DNA of 64,000 nucleotides from an uncultured Rivularia sp. (GTDB lineage Bacteria > Cyanobacteriota > Cyanobacteriia > Cyanobacteriales > Nostocaceae), in contig OY762007.1 in assembly GCA_963665115.1 (NCBI GenBank), positions 7,584,001-7,648,000 on the forward strand. The letters run 5' to 3'. Positions 50,589 to 61,345 of the stretch are shown piece by piece; positions within the stretch are counted from its first letter, which is position 1, and each line of letters opens with the position of its first letter. Position numbers and translations under genes: made by a program. The notes under the pieces were generated by a model that saw only the letters and a list, made by a program, of their open reading frames with translations, ran no database searches and was not told where the DNA came from.

Positions 50589-52590
50589 ATGAATATGAAG
50601 ACAGTTCCTCCAAAATCCACACCAACAGAGACAAATTTAGTGCTTGCAGAAAATAGAGTAGATACCACTACTGTTGAATTCCCAAGTTCAATAGAACGCC
50701 GAAAGAGTAGTTTGTTAGAAGAGACAACAAGCGAGCATTTAGGATTGCGTTACGATGCTTCGGGAATCGCAGCGCATTATCGAAAAAGACGTTTGCAGGT
50801 TTGGGGGCGCATATTCACGGTTTTAGCTCCTGCTATTAGCTTTGCTTTTGGCGTGTGGTTTGATAGAAAACTTGGTAAAAAAGTCAAAACTGACCGTCGT
50901 CGCGCAGTTCAATTGCGAGAATTATTGACAAGGTTGGGGCCAGCATATATTAAAATCGGACAGGCATTGTCCACAAGACCGGATTTAGTTCCTCCGGTGT
51001 ATTTAGAAGAATTTACTCAGCTGCAAGATAAATTACCACCTTTTCCTAACGAGTTAGCTTATCAGTTTATTGAAGAAGAAATCGGAGCGCGTCCAGAAGA
51101 AATTTATACCGACCTGACACCAGACCCCAATCGCCGCAGCTTCTTTAGGACAAGTTTACAGAGGCAAGTTAAAAAGTACTGGTGAAGAAGTCGCCGTTAA
51201 AGTTCAACGTCCCGACTTACGCGAACGTATAACCATTGACTTATATATCCTACGTATATTGGCAGCTTGGGGGCAAAAAGCCATCAAGCAAGTACGCAGC
51301 GATTTAGTAGGTATTCTCGATGAATTAGGCGAGCGTATCTTTGAGGAGATGGATTACGTTAATGAAGGCGAAAATGCCGAGCGTTTTTTCCAGCTTTACG
51401 GTCATTTAAAAGACGTATACGTTCCTAAAATATACTGGGAATATACCAACCGTCGCGTATTGACGATGGAGTGGATTAACGGACTTAAATTAACTCAAGT
51501 AAAAGAAATTGCCGCTTTAGGAATAGATGCTCGTTATTTAGTAGAAGTAGGGGTTCAATGTTCCTTACGTCAGTTATTAGAACACGGATTTTTCCACGCA
51601 GATCCGCACCCCGGTAACTTATTAGCTACCCCAGATGGAAAATTAGCTTATCTCGACTTCGGGATGATGAGCGAGATTAAACCACCGCAACGTTACGGTT
51701 TAATTGAGGCGATCGTTCACGTAGTTAACCGCGATTTCGACTCTTTAGCCCACGACTACGTTAAATTAGACTTTTTAACACCAGATGTCGATTTAACACC
51801 AATTATTCCAGCATTTGCGAACGTATTCGCCGACGCTCAAGGTGCTTCCGTTGCCGATTTAAACATCAAAACTATCACCGATGATTTATCGAATTTGATG
51901 TACGAATATCCCTTCCGCGTACCACCTTATTACGCTTTGATTATTCGTTCCTTGGTAACATTAGAAGGTGTGGCGATATATATCGATCCTAATTTTAAAG
52001 TTCTCAGCGAAGCATATCCCTATGTTTCCAAAAGATTATTAACCGATCCATCGCCAGAATTAAGAGCTTCATTAAAAGACTTACTATTTAAAGATGGTAG
52101 TTTCCGCTGGAATCGTTTAGAAAACTTGTTGAAAAATGCTCGGAATTCATATGATTATGATTCTAGCGATGCATTGAATCAAGGATTAGAATTTTTAGCA
52201 TCAGAGCGCGGTGCTTTTATTCGTACTAAATTGGTAGATGAGCTATTTAAAGGAGTGGATGCATTAGGTAGAAGCGTGATGCACAACTTTACTCATTTAT
52301 TACGAGAAAGAGTTGGTGTTACTGCGATTACCGAAGTTCCCGGTGCATCTAGTGAAGAACAACAAACCTTGGAACATATCAAAAATATCATTAAAATTCT
52401 GCAAGAAGGCGGTAATTTTGATTTATCGAAAACCATTGATCAAATTAGTAAACTTGTAGTTAATCCCAACGTACAAACTATAGGACAAAAAATTGCCTCT
52501 CAAGTCGCGCAGAAAGCAGCAGCAAGAGTGTTGAGAGAATTGTTGGTGACTGAAGAAGTTGAAAGGAAGCAGTTACCAGCAGGAAGTTAG
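50589..52590 (+). CDS. ABC1/AarF/UbiB atypical kinase, apparent +1 frameshift at 51125-51128
   Basis: LGPAYIKIGQALSTRPD; removing one C gives PDPIAAASLGQVY..VAVKVQRP; HADPHPGN, DFG. Confidence 0.92.
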
Positions 52591-52612
52591 GAGTTCAGAA
52601 TTAATAGAATAA

Positions 52613-52705
52613 CTGGCGGTTGAAACCGCACGCCATTTGCTACAACGGGGGGAACCCCCGCAACGCAATGGCTCGTCTACACAAGCAAAGCCCACCCACG
52701 TGGGT
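52613..52705. repeat. Dispersed repeat (GCGGTTGAAACCGC...CCCACCCACGTGGG) containing a nested hairpin insert
   Basis: Inner element GCCATTTGCTACAACGGGGGGAACCCCCGCAACGCAATGGC. The outer part resembles the reverse complement of 23033-23065. Confidence 0.5.
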
Positions 52706-52946
52706 TATTTTTTTGGTTTTTATTTATAGAAGAATATCTTATTTGTAGGTTGGGTTAGACGCACTAATATTTTTGATAGTTATTAAAGCGTAAAAATGCG
52801 CCGTAACCCAACATCTACATTTTGGTTTTATATGAGATTACCCAATACATATTAATAGTAAAGCCTGATATATGATTTGACCTACGAACTTACTTTATTT
52901 AAGGGACTTGCAAGAAATAAATTATCCAAAAAAAATCAAAAGATAA

Positions 52947-53255
52947 TATTTATTTTATAAGGCTGATGAATGTTTAATCAAAGTTGCTGGAGTCATTAAC
53001 AACTGTGCCAAGCGAGCAATTGATTTAGTAGCGTGTTATCGAGAAAAGCAATTTGCGGCGATCTTACTTAATACCGATGCTGACGGGGCGTTTTATGTTT
53101 CTCGATTGATAGGGATTGAATTCCAAAAGCTGAAAATTGCCGATATAAGTTTGAGTTTGGCTATTGCAAATATGATTCCTTGCAACGACGTGGAAGCGGA
53201 AGCGTTGATTGTTGCAACGGAGGAAGAGTTAGGAGTGACTAAGACTGAAGGTTAA
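52947..53255 (+). pseudogene. Degenerate, 5'-truncated GGDEF (diguanylate cyclase) domain fragment, not in ORF track
   Basis: Open frame ADECLIKVA..KRAIDLVACYREKQFAAILLNTDADGA..ISLSLAIA..LI..K.EG* parallels the GGDEF core, with GGEEF replaced by REKQF. No start codon follows the TAA at 52944. Confidence 0.65.
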
Positions 53256-53464
53256 ATTATCAATTACCAATTACCAATTACCAATTACCAATCCCTAACC
53301 CCAATTCCCCATACCCAATTCCCCGTGCCCATTCCCTGCAAAAATACGCAAAATGTGCTAAAATTGTACCAAATAATGGCGATTATTCAAGCATCATTTG
53401 GAATAATTTGGCTTTTTTTCTGATTTAAGCCCTAAAATTTGCGATTTTTGGAGTTTTTTAGGTT

Positions 53465-56233
53465 ATGACAACCTCTCAGGAGCGGATAATCCCGACGGAT
53501 CTGCGAAACGAGATGTCCAGGTCTTATCTGGAATATGCGATGAGCGTGATTGTCGGTCGCGCTTTGCCAGATGCCAGGGATGGTCTGAAACCTGTGCATC
53601 GTCGCATTCTCTACGCTATGCACGAATTGGGGTTGACGGCTGACCGTCCCTTTCGTAAATGCGCTCGTGTTGTAGGGGAGGTATTAGGTAAGTACCACCC
53701 CCACGGCGATACGGCTGTTTACGATGCTTTGGTGCGGATGGCGCAAAGTTTTTCGATGAGGTCGCCTTTGATCTCAGGGCATGGTAATTTCGGAAGTGTC
53801 GATAATGACCCTCCGGCGGCTATGCGTTACACTGAATGCCGCCTGGAATCTTTAACTAGTGACGCTTTATTACAAGATATCGAATCGGAAACTGTTGATT
53901 TTGCTGATAACTTTGATGGTTCGCAACAAGAACCTACGGTTTTACCGGCAAGACTTCCGCAGCTACTTTTAAACGGTTCTTCTGGTATTGCGGTGGGGAT
54001 GGCGACTAATATCCCGCCGCATAATTTGGGAGAATTGATTGATGGGTTGGTGGCGCTGATTCAGAATCCGGAAATCACGGATATGGAATTAACTACTCAG
54101 TATATCCACGGTCCCGATTTTCCTACAGGCGGTCAAATTCTCGGTACTTCCGGGATTAAAGAAGCTTATACTACCGGGCGCGGTTCGATTACCATGCGTG
54201 GGGTAGCTAATATTGAGACTCTCCAGCAGCGCGGAAGACCGGACAAAGAAGCAATAATTATCACCGAGTTACCTTATCAAACTAATAAGGCAGCCTTAAT
54301 TGAGAAAATTGCCGAACTGGTTAACGACAAGCGCATTGACGGTATTTCCGATATTCGCGACGAGAGCGATCGCGATGGTATGCGGGTAGTTATCGAACTC
54401 AAGCGCGATGCTTATCCCCGCGTTGTGCTGAATAATTTATACAAGTTAACTCCGCTACAAGCTAATTTTGGCGCGAATATGCTTGCGTTGGTAAATGGAG
54501 AACCCATTTTACTAAATTTAAAGCGGTTTTTACAAGTTTTCTTGGATTTCCGCATTGAATCGATTACCAGACGCACCCGCTACGAATTGCGGAAGGCTGA
54601 GGAAAGAGATCATATCTTACAAGGTTTATTAATCGCGCAGTCGCATTTAGATGAAATTATTGCCTTGATTCGTCATGCTGCGGATGCACCGACGGCTAAG
54701 GGAGAATTAATTAGTAATTATGGGTTGTCGGAAGCTCAAGCTGATGCAATTTTGCAGATGCAGTTGCGACGATTAACGGCTTTGGAAGCTGATAAAATTC
54801 GTTTGGAACACGACCAGTTACAGGTTCAAATCACCGATTTACAAGATATTCTGGCTCGTAGAGAACGAATATTAGAAATTATTGAAACTGAAGTTAGGCA
54901 ATTAAGAGAAAAACACGCTACACCCCGTCGTACAGTAATCACTCTGAAGGAAGGGGAATTAGATGATATAGACTTAATTGCTAATGAAAAAGTCATAATT
55001 TTGCTGACTCAGCAAGGTTATATGAAGAGAATGCCGGTTAATACCTTTGAAGCACAAAGCCGTGCTACCAGAGGAAAAGCCGCAGCCAAGGTAAAAGACG
55101 ATGACAATATCGAGCATTTCTTAACCTGCTGCGACCATGATAGCGTTCTATTCTTTAGCGAACGCGGTGTAGTTTATTGCTTGAGGGCTTATCAATTACC
55201 TCTCGGTTCCCGCACCAGTCGGGGTACGCCCATCGTACAAATGCTACCGATTCCTAGAGAAGAAAAAATTACCTCGATTGTACCCGTAAGCGAATTTAGC
55301 CAAGACGAATACTTGGTAATGCTTACTAAAGGTGGCTATATCAAGAAAACTGCATTAGCTGCATTTAGCAATATTCGCGCCAACGGTTTGATAGCAATTT
55401 CCTTAGAAGAAGGAGACGAATTACGTTGGGTACGTCGAGCCAGAGCCGAAGATAGCGTAATTATTGGTTCTCGGATGGGTATGGCGATTCATTTCCGCTG
55501 CACTCACTCGCAATTACGTCCTTTGGGTAGAGCAACTCGTGGGGTAAGAGCCATGAAATTGCGTAAAGGTGGTGACGAATTGGTCGGAATGGACATTCTT
55601 CCCGCCCATATTCTGAATAATATAACCCCAGTTGCGGAAGCTGAAACTGAAGTTGTTGAAACTGAAGTTGTTGAAGCCGAAGCAGTTGAAGCTGAAGTTG
55701 TTGAAACTGAAGATGTAGAGAATGCAGAGAATGCGGAAACTGTAGAAGTTGCCGATGAAAGTAATGCTGGACTTTGGGTGTTAGTTATTACCACCGGAGG
55801 ATACGGTAAACGGGTACCAGTCGGACAATTCCGCTTGCAAAACCGTGCGGGACAAGGTTTGATGGCAACCAAGTTCAAAAACCTCAAGACTCAAGATTCA
55901 TTAGCAAGTTTACATATTGTTAGTGAAGACAATGAGATTATGATGGTCACAAATCGCGGTATCATTATCCGGCAGGCAGTTAACGCCATTTCCATCCAAT
56001 CTCGTTCTGCGACTGGAGTACGGGTACAGCGTCTCGATCAAGAAGATTTTCTGAACGGAGTAGCAATAGTTCCCGGCGATAGTGGTGAAGAATCAGATGA
56101 GTCATTAGACGAAGATGATGCAGTGGAAGCAGCAGATGATGCAGTGGAAACAATAGAAACAATTGTTATAGAGCCGGCAAATGATTCTGTAGAAACAGAA
56201 GAAACAGCAGATGATGTAGAAACAGAAGAATAA
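53465..56233 (+). CDS. gyrA: DNA gyrase subunit A
   Basis: [37 protein letters not shown]-terminal pinwheel repeats and acidic tail. Confidence 0.97.
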   Translation: MTTSQERIIPTDLRNEMSRSYLEYAMSVIVGRALPDARDGLKPVHRRILYAMHELGLTADRPFRKCARVVGEVLGKYHPHGDTAVYDALVRMAQSFSMRSPLISGHGNFGSVDNDPPAAMRYTECRLESLTSDALLQDIESETVDFADNFDGSQQEPTVLPARLPQLLLNGSSGIAVGMATNIPPHNLGELIDGLVALIQNPEITDMELTTQYIHGPDFPTGGQILGTSGIKEAYTTGRGSITMRGVANIETLQQRGRPDKEAIIITELPYQTNKAALIEKIAELVNDKRIDGISDIRDESDRDGMRVVIELKRDAYPRVVLNNLYKLTPLQANFGANMLALVNGEPILLNLKRFLQVFLDFRIESITRRTRYELRKAEERDHILQGLLIAQSHLDEIIALIRHAADAPTAKGELISNYGLSEAQADAILQMQLRRLTALEADKIRLEHDQLQVQITDLQDILARRERILEIIETEVRQLREKHATPRRTVITLKEGELDDIDLIANEKVIILLTQQGYMKRMPVNTFEAQSRATRGKAAAKVKDDDNIEHFLTCCDHDSVLFFSERGVVYCLRAYQLPLGSRTSRGTPIVQMLPIPREEKITSIVPVSEFSQDEYLVMLTKGGYIKKTALAAFSNIRANGLIAISLEEGDELRWVRRARAEDSVIIGSRMGMAIHFRCTHSQLRPLGRATRGVRAMKLRKGGDELVGMDILPAHILNNITPVAEAETEVVETEVVEAEAVEAEVVETEDVENAENAETVEVADESNAGLWVLVITTGGYGKRVPVGQFRLQNRAGQGLMATKFKNLKTQDSLASLHIVSEDNEIMMVTNRGIIIRQAVNAISIQSRSATGVRVQRLDQEDFLNGVAIVPGDSGEESDESLDEDDAVEAADDAVETIETIVIEPANDSVETEETADDVETEE

Positions 56234-56454
56234 AATCAAATTTTGGTAATGTATTAACCTTATTTATGTAGAGACGTTGCAATGCAACGTCTTTATGTAT
56301 TTTGATTTGTATTCAGAATTTAGTGAAATAGTGTCACAGCAAATCTGTTTTTATAAAGGCTTGTAGTTGTGTAGCGCATCATTTTACAGAATTCGGAAGG
56401 GCTAAAGCCCAACTACAAACCTGTCAAACCTTAATTAAAGGTGGCTTTATGTAA

Positions 56455-58098
56455 GTGATTATGAAATCAAATATTTTTATCAAACCGATCGCTCGCAACT
56501 CAAAACCGATAATCGCTTTAGCCAGCGGAATCACAATGGGTTTAACCGTAGCTCCCGTTGGTGCTTGGTTTTTAGCCTGGTTTGCAATGATTCCCCTATG
56601 GCTAATAGTTATAAATTCCCAAAAATACCCAAAACAAAAAAACAAATCTCTTCCCCCCTCTCTTCTATGGGCTTTGGGTTATCACGGAACAGCACTGTAT
56701 TGGATTACCGGACTTCATCCACTAACTTGGCTGGGTGTACCTTGGTTGGGAAGTATTGCGATCGCATTATTTGCCTGGTTCTTTATCTCCTTTTGGGGAG
56801 GCATATTAGTTATGCTTTGGGCTAAGTTGATCGGGATATTTTCAACTCAAAATCCTTTGCTTCGCGTTCTTATTGGTACGGCTTTTTGGTGTGCTTTAGA
56901 AAGAATTTGGAGTGCGGGTCCTTTGTGGTGGAGTTCGCTTTCTTACACTCAATCACCGCATAATTTGGTAATTTTACACTTGGGTCAAATTTCGGGACCT
57001 ACAGCAGTAACTGCGGCGATTGTTGCAGTTAATGGGTTGTTAGCAGAAGCCTTGAATGCAGCGTTTGTCACGCGGATGCAATATAAATTTGACCTCACCC
57101 TTTTTCCTTCTCCTTACCAAGGAGAGGGATGGGAGCAAGGACAGGGTAAGGTTTTACAAGCTTCTCAACGATTGGGAATAATTGCAATTGTATTATTTAT
57201 TTCCTGTCATTTAATCGGTTTCGGTTTGTATTCTCGTCCCCTTTCTCAATCGCCGCCAGATGCTTTGAAAGTCGGAATTGTGCAGGGAAATATCCCGAAT
57301 CGCATCAAATTTAAAGCTAAAGCAAATCAACGCATCATCAAAAATTATACCGAAGGTTATGTGAATTTAGTAAATCAAGGTGTACAAGCAGTTTTAACCC
57401 CAGAAGGAGCATTACCGTTTTTTGAAAATGAAATTATTCGTAGCCCTTTGATTGCAGCAGTGCGAGAAAAAGGCGTTTTAGCTTGGGTTGGGGGTTATAA
57501 GCGTCAGGGGGAAAATAGGTATACCAATAGTTTATTTACTTTTACAGGTGAAGGTGAAGTTGTTAGTCATTACGATAAAGAGAAACTAGTACCTTTGGGA
57601 GAATATATTCCCTTTGAAAAGATTTTAGGCGGTATTATTAACAGATTATCTCCAGTAAAAGCAAGACAAATACCGGGGAAATCCAATCAAGTTGTTAAAA
57701 CACCTTTTGGTAATGCTGTAGTTGGGATTTGTTATGGTTCAGCCTTTGCCGAACAATTCCGCAATCAAACACAGAAAGGTGGGGAATTTATTCTTACAGC
57801 TTCCAATAATGACCCCTACAGTGCAGCAATGCAGTTTCAGCATCATGCTCAAGATATCATGCGAGCCATTGAAAACGATCGATGGGCAGTAAGAGCAACG
57901 AATACCGGATATTCCGCATTTGTAAATTCTCACGGAAAAACATTGTGGATATCGGGACACGATACCTATGAAACTCATGCCGAAACCATTTATCGACGAC
58001 AAGCGCAAACTTTATATGTGCGTTGGGGCGATTGGTTGTGTTGGGTATTTTTGGGATTGGGAATTGGGCTTTGGGGATGGGAGAAAGTTAGGAGTTAG
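56455..58098 (+). CDS. lnt: Apolipoprotein N-acyltransferase
   Basis: Multi-TM N-terminus, VQGNIP, PEG, K.KLVPLGEYIP, GICY, RAIE..R...RATNTG.S. Confidence 0.93.
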   Translation: MIMKSNIFIKPIARNSKPIIALASGITMGLTVAPVGAWFLAWFAMIPLWLIVINSQKYPKQKNKSLPPSLLWALGYHGTALYWITGLHPLTWLGVPWLGSIAIALFAWFFISFWGGILVMLWAKLIGIFSTQNPLLRVLIGTAFWCALERIWSAGPLWWSSLSYTQSPHNLVILHLGQISGPTAVTAAIVAVNGLLAEALNAAFVTRMQYKFDLTLFPSPYQGEGWEQGQGKVLQASQRLGIIAIVLFISCHLIGFGLYSRPLSQSPPDALKVGIVQGNIPNRIKFKAKANQRIIKNYTEGYVNLVNQGVQAVLTPEGALPFFENEIIRSPLIAAVREKGVLAWVGGYKRQGENRYTNSLFTFTGEGEVVSHYDKEKLVPLGEYIPFEKILGGIINRLSPVKARQIPGKSNQVVKTPFGNAVVGICYGSAFAEQFRNQTQKGGEFILTASNNDPYSAAMQFQHHAQDIMRAIENDRWAVRATNTGYSAFVNSHGKTLWISGHDTYETHAETIYRRQAQTLYVRWGDWLCWVFLGLGIGLWGWEKVRS

Positions 58099-58134
58099 GA
58101 GTTAGGAGTTGGGGGGGCAAGGGGAGAATTTGAA

Positions 58135-58707
58135 TTAATAATTGATAATTGATAATTGATAATTGTTCACTGCTCCACTCTCACGCAGGGTGTTTCTCCG
58201 AAATTCGGGGGGGTCTTCAAATACTGCTAAGGTGTTATATTCGGGACTACCTTGTTGATAAAGTACTCTGAATGCGTAGAGTCTTTTTCTACCGTTTCCT
58301 TCTGTAATTACCGTTAAAAGCGTGCTATTAGTATCGGGAAGTCCGGGAATATCAAGTTTTTGGATTCTTCTAAGGTGGATTACGTTGGCTGCGGAATCTT
58401 CACAATCTCCAGTATTGCCTTCTTCACCAAATTGCACGCACATTGGGCCATCAAAATCTAAAGTAACTTGTGATGGATCGTCTAACCAAACTTTTTTGAT
58501 TGTTTCTCCCGCAGGAATAAAACTTAAATTTGTACCTTGTTGGTACCAGACTTTAATAGTAGGAATTGCACCTCCCAAACCCTGGGCTTGACAGGAAAAG
58601 ATTGAACGCAAAACGGCATTATTGGCGAAAACAGTACCTGCCATTAATATACTTGTTGCGGAGAAAATTAAAGAAGTGAGAGGGAGGATGTTGAGGGGGT
58701 TTTTCAT
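58135..58707 (-). CDS. Exported protein of T4SS-like cluster (VirB9/TrbG-like position)
   Basis: Signal peptide; GTNLSF...GE.I.KVWLDDPS beta-rich domain; follows the VirB10-like gene. Start MKNPL at 58707. Confidence 0.55.
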   Translation of the reverse strand: MKNPLNILPLTSLIFSATSILMAGTVFANNAVLRSIFSCQAQGLGGAIPTIKVWYQQGTNLSFIPAGETIKKVWLDDPSQVTLDFDGPMCVQFGEEGNTGDCEDSAANVIHLRRIQKLDIPGLPDTNSTLLTVITEGNGRKRLYAFRVLYQQGSPEYNTLAVFEDPPEFRRNTLRESGAVNNYQLSIINY

Positions 58708-58856
58708 GAAAGGGGATGGGGATGGGGAGAGGGGGGAGAGGGGGGAGAGGGGGAGAAAAGGGGACAAGGGGACAAGGAGAAAATAACTATTCTTTACTCG
58801 CTACTCTTTACTTACTACTCCTAACTCCTAACTCCTAACTCCTAACTCCTAACTAC

Positions 58857-60476
58857 TTAAAGCTGCGTTTCTTGATTCACAAATACTTCTACTTCTTTAC
58901 CTTCGGGTAGATACCAAATGTTTGTTCTGCGGGACATTTGAGAAACGGCTCGTTGATTGCGACGGGATATTTGCGGAACTACGGCTTTCATTCCGCCTTC
59001 AAATATACCGGCTGCTAAGCTGGGGTCGCGGTTGACATTGGTGACGGCTACTGTCCCGTTTTCGCCGGTGACTACTTCGGATTCGGTACGGTTAATTAAT
59101 TCTGCGGCTTTACCAAGTCCACCTAAAGCAAACAATGCTGCATCTCTTCGAGCTATTGATGAAGCGTTATTACGATATTGCTTGGCTATTAATGGTTTAC
59201 CTTTTTTACCGCGAATCATTAATGCATCTTGAGGTACGGTTTTTTCTGCGATTTCACCGTTTTCTCGCATTGTTATTTTGACTATTTCTAACTGTGTTAA
59301 TCCGTTTTCGGAAATGGAGCCTATTTTTGCATATATTTGACTTCCTACAGGTAATGCTGTGGTACCATCTGCGGCTTTTAATGATTCTTTTAAACGCACT
59401 ACATAAACGTTATTGTCTTCATTCTCTTCCCTGCGTCCTCTACTTGACCTAGTAGTTTCACCATATACGGGCGTAGCTAATACGGCTTTTGCATTGCTCC
59501 CTACGGGTATTGTTTTAGGATTTCTTCTAGTTGATTGACGGGCTGTACGGGTTGGTATCTCTGTGTCTGGCTTGGTTGCTCTTTCTTTCTCTTCCACTTT
59601 TCTAGCGACTTCGGCTCTTTGAGGTGATGTTCGATTGCTAACTGTCCGATTTTCACCAAAAGAAACCTGTCCGTAACTACCTAATTTAGCTAATCTTGCC
59701 CATTCTTGCATGGGATTGGGTTCGGGTGGTGGTGCGATTTCTACTAACGGTTGTTGAGGTATGGGTACGGGTAGTTCGGAAGGTGGTACGATTTGAGGTA
59801 GTACTGGTATTGTCGGTGCTGGTTTTGCAACTTTTTTTGGCTGTGGTTTGGGTTGTGGTTTGGGTTGCGCTACGTTAATAACGCGATCGACTTTGACTAT
59901 TTTGGGTACCTCAACAATGCGTATTTGTGGTGGTTGAGGTTGGGGACGAATCCTTGATATAGATATGTCACGAGGAATCGCTCTTGGTTTTGGTTGGGGA
60001 TTCGGTTTCGCTGCGATGCGGGATGTTGAGGGTGTAGGTTTAACCATTCTCAGCTTTTGCTGTGCGACTTTTACCGCTTCAAGTTGTTCGGAAAGTGCGA
60101 GTTTGGTTTTTAATCCTTCAACTTCTTCTTGCAATTGTTGCAGTTGGGGTTTGGTTTGCGGTTGCGCTGGGGTGCTACGGATAGCATTTTGCGTGAGTTG
60201 TGGCTTGTCGTTGCTCATTATTTGAGATAAAAACCCACCAGCAAACATGACTACAGCTAAGGTTCCAGCACCGACTAAACCTGCTTTAGCAAAGGGATTT
60301 GCGGAAAGCGGTTGTTGGGTAACGTTGGAAGTCAATTCATCTGGTTGCGGTTGATGATTAAAATCTGTAGTGGATGCATTTTCTATATCTGCGGAAGTAG
60401 ATTCATCCAAACCCACCAGTTTTGCCATCCGTGTTTCCCATTCGGTGAGTCCAGTTTGGTTATTTTGGTTAGTCAT
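58857..60476 (-). CDS. TrbI/VirB10-like protein
   Basis: Single TM, coiled coil, long Pro-rich linker, C-terminal beta domain (IPVGS.AKA.L..., LP.GS.I, ...LPEG.EVEVFVN). Confidence 0.7.
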   Translation of the reverse strand: MTNQNNQTGLTEWETRMAKLVGLDESTSADIENASTTDFNHQPQPDELTSNVTQQPLSANPFAKAGLVGAGTLAVVMFAGGFLSQIMSNDKPQLTQNAIRSTPAQPQTKPQLQQLQEEVEGLKTKLALSEQLEAVKVAQQKLRMVKPTPSTSRIAAKPNPQPKPRAIPRDISISRIRPQPQPPQIRIVEVPKIVKVDRVINVAQPKPQPKPQPKKVAKPAPTIPVLPQIVPPSELPVPIPQQPLVEIAPPPEPNPMQEWARLAKLGSYGQVSFGENRTVSNRTSPQRAEVARKVEEKERATKPDTEIPTRTARQSTRRNPKTIPVGSNAKAVLATPVYGETTRSSRGRREENEDNNVYVVRLKESLKAADGTTALPVGSQIYAKIGSISENGLTQLEIVKITMRENGEIAEKTVPQDALMIRGKKGKPLIAKQYRNNASSIARRDAALFALGGLGKAAELINRTESEVVTGENGTVAVTNVNRDPSLAAGIFEGGMKAVVPQISRRNQRAVSQMSRRTNIWYLPEGKEVEVFVNQETQL

Positions 60477-60580
60477 AATATAAATTCAAAAAAATATTTT
60501 TTCAGAAACGCTCAACTGCATCTCTATAACGATACGAAAAAACGATACAGCTATAAATTGTTTTATAAAATCACCTTCAT

Positions 60581-61252
60581 TCAGATATTTTTATTTTCAA
60601 AACAACTTTTATCTTCTACCTCACAAATGTTGTAAATTTGCATTCTTGCTTCTCCTAATCGGTAAGCTGCTAAGTTTAAAGCAGTTGGAACTGGGGGTAG
60701 AGGAATTATTTCATCTTTTGCTTCTACTAAAATTTGCTTGTTAAAGAGAATTGATTTTCCTAAACTGTCACCGCGACTAAAAATTAGACGATGAGCTAAA
60801 ATTTCAACTTTCCATTTTCCATCTTTGATAACTTCTGGTTGAGAAATCCTTTGAATTACTAAAACGTTTTGTTCGGGGCTTTCTAACTCAAAGTTATTGA
60901 ATTTCTCAGCAAATTCGCGTTTAAAATCATTTCTTAATAGATCGGAACTAATATCCCATACTACTGTTGATGATTGTTTCTCCGACCAAGTAAACATCAA
61001 AGTCATCGTTTCACCGACAAAACGGCGAATTGTTTCGCGATCGCGCTCTAAACTACTTTTAGCATCGGCGGTTATAACTCGTCCATTTTCTAACTGGACC
61101 AAAATTTGGGGTACCGATTTACGCTTAACTTGCTGCAACATTCCACCGTGAAACATCAGCAAAAGCAAAGTCAACAAATGCAGGCTAAATGTCCCGATTG
61201 CAAACAAAGGAACGATATTAGTCTGATTTTTATCGGTGTTGAAGGTTTGCAT
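60581..61252 (-). CDS. Bitopic membrane protein, VirB8/TcpC-like, of T4SS-like cluster
   Basis: N-terminal TM, LVQL.NG, I.RFV..TM..MF.WS, G.WKV, FNK.I; paralogous to 61346..62146. Confidence 0.55.
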   Translation of the reverse strand: MQTFNTDKNQTNIVPLFAIGTFSLHLLTLLLLMFHGGMLQQVKRKSVPQILVQLENGRVITADAKSSLERDRETIRRFVGETMTLMFTWSEKQSSTVVWDISSDLLRNDFKREFAEKFNNFELESPEQNVLVIQRISQPEVIKDGKWKVEILAHRLIFSRGDSLGKSILFNKQILVEAKDEIIPLPPVPTALNLAAYRLGEARMQIYNICEVEDKSCFENKNI

Positions 61253-61345
61253 TTATATTTTAGGGATTTGGGAATGGGTAATGGGTAATTGGTAGTTGGC
61301 AAAAATTAAAATTTATTTTATGAGTTAATTTGAAAAACCATTGGA

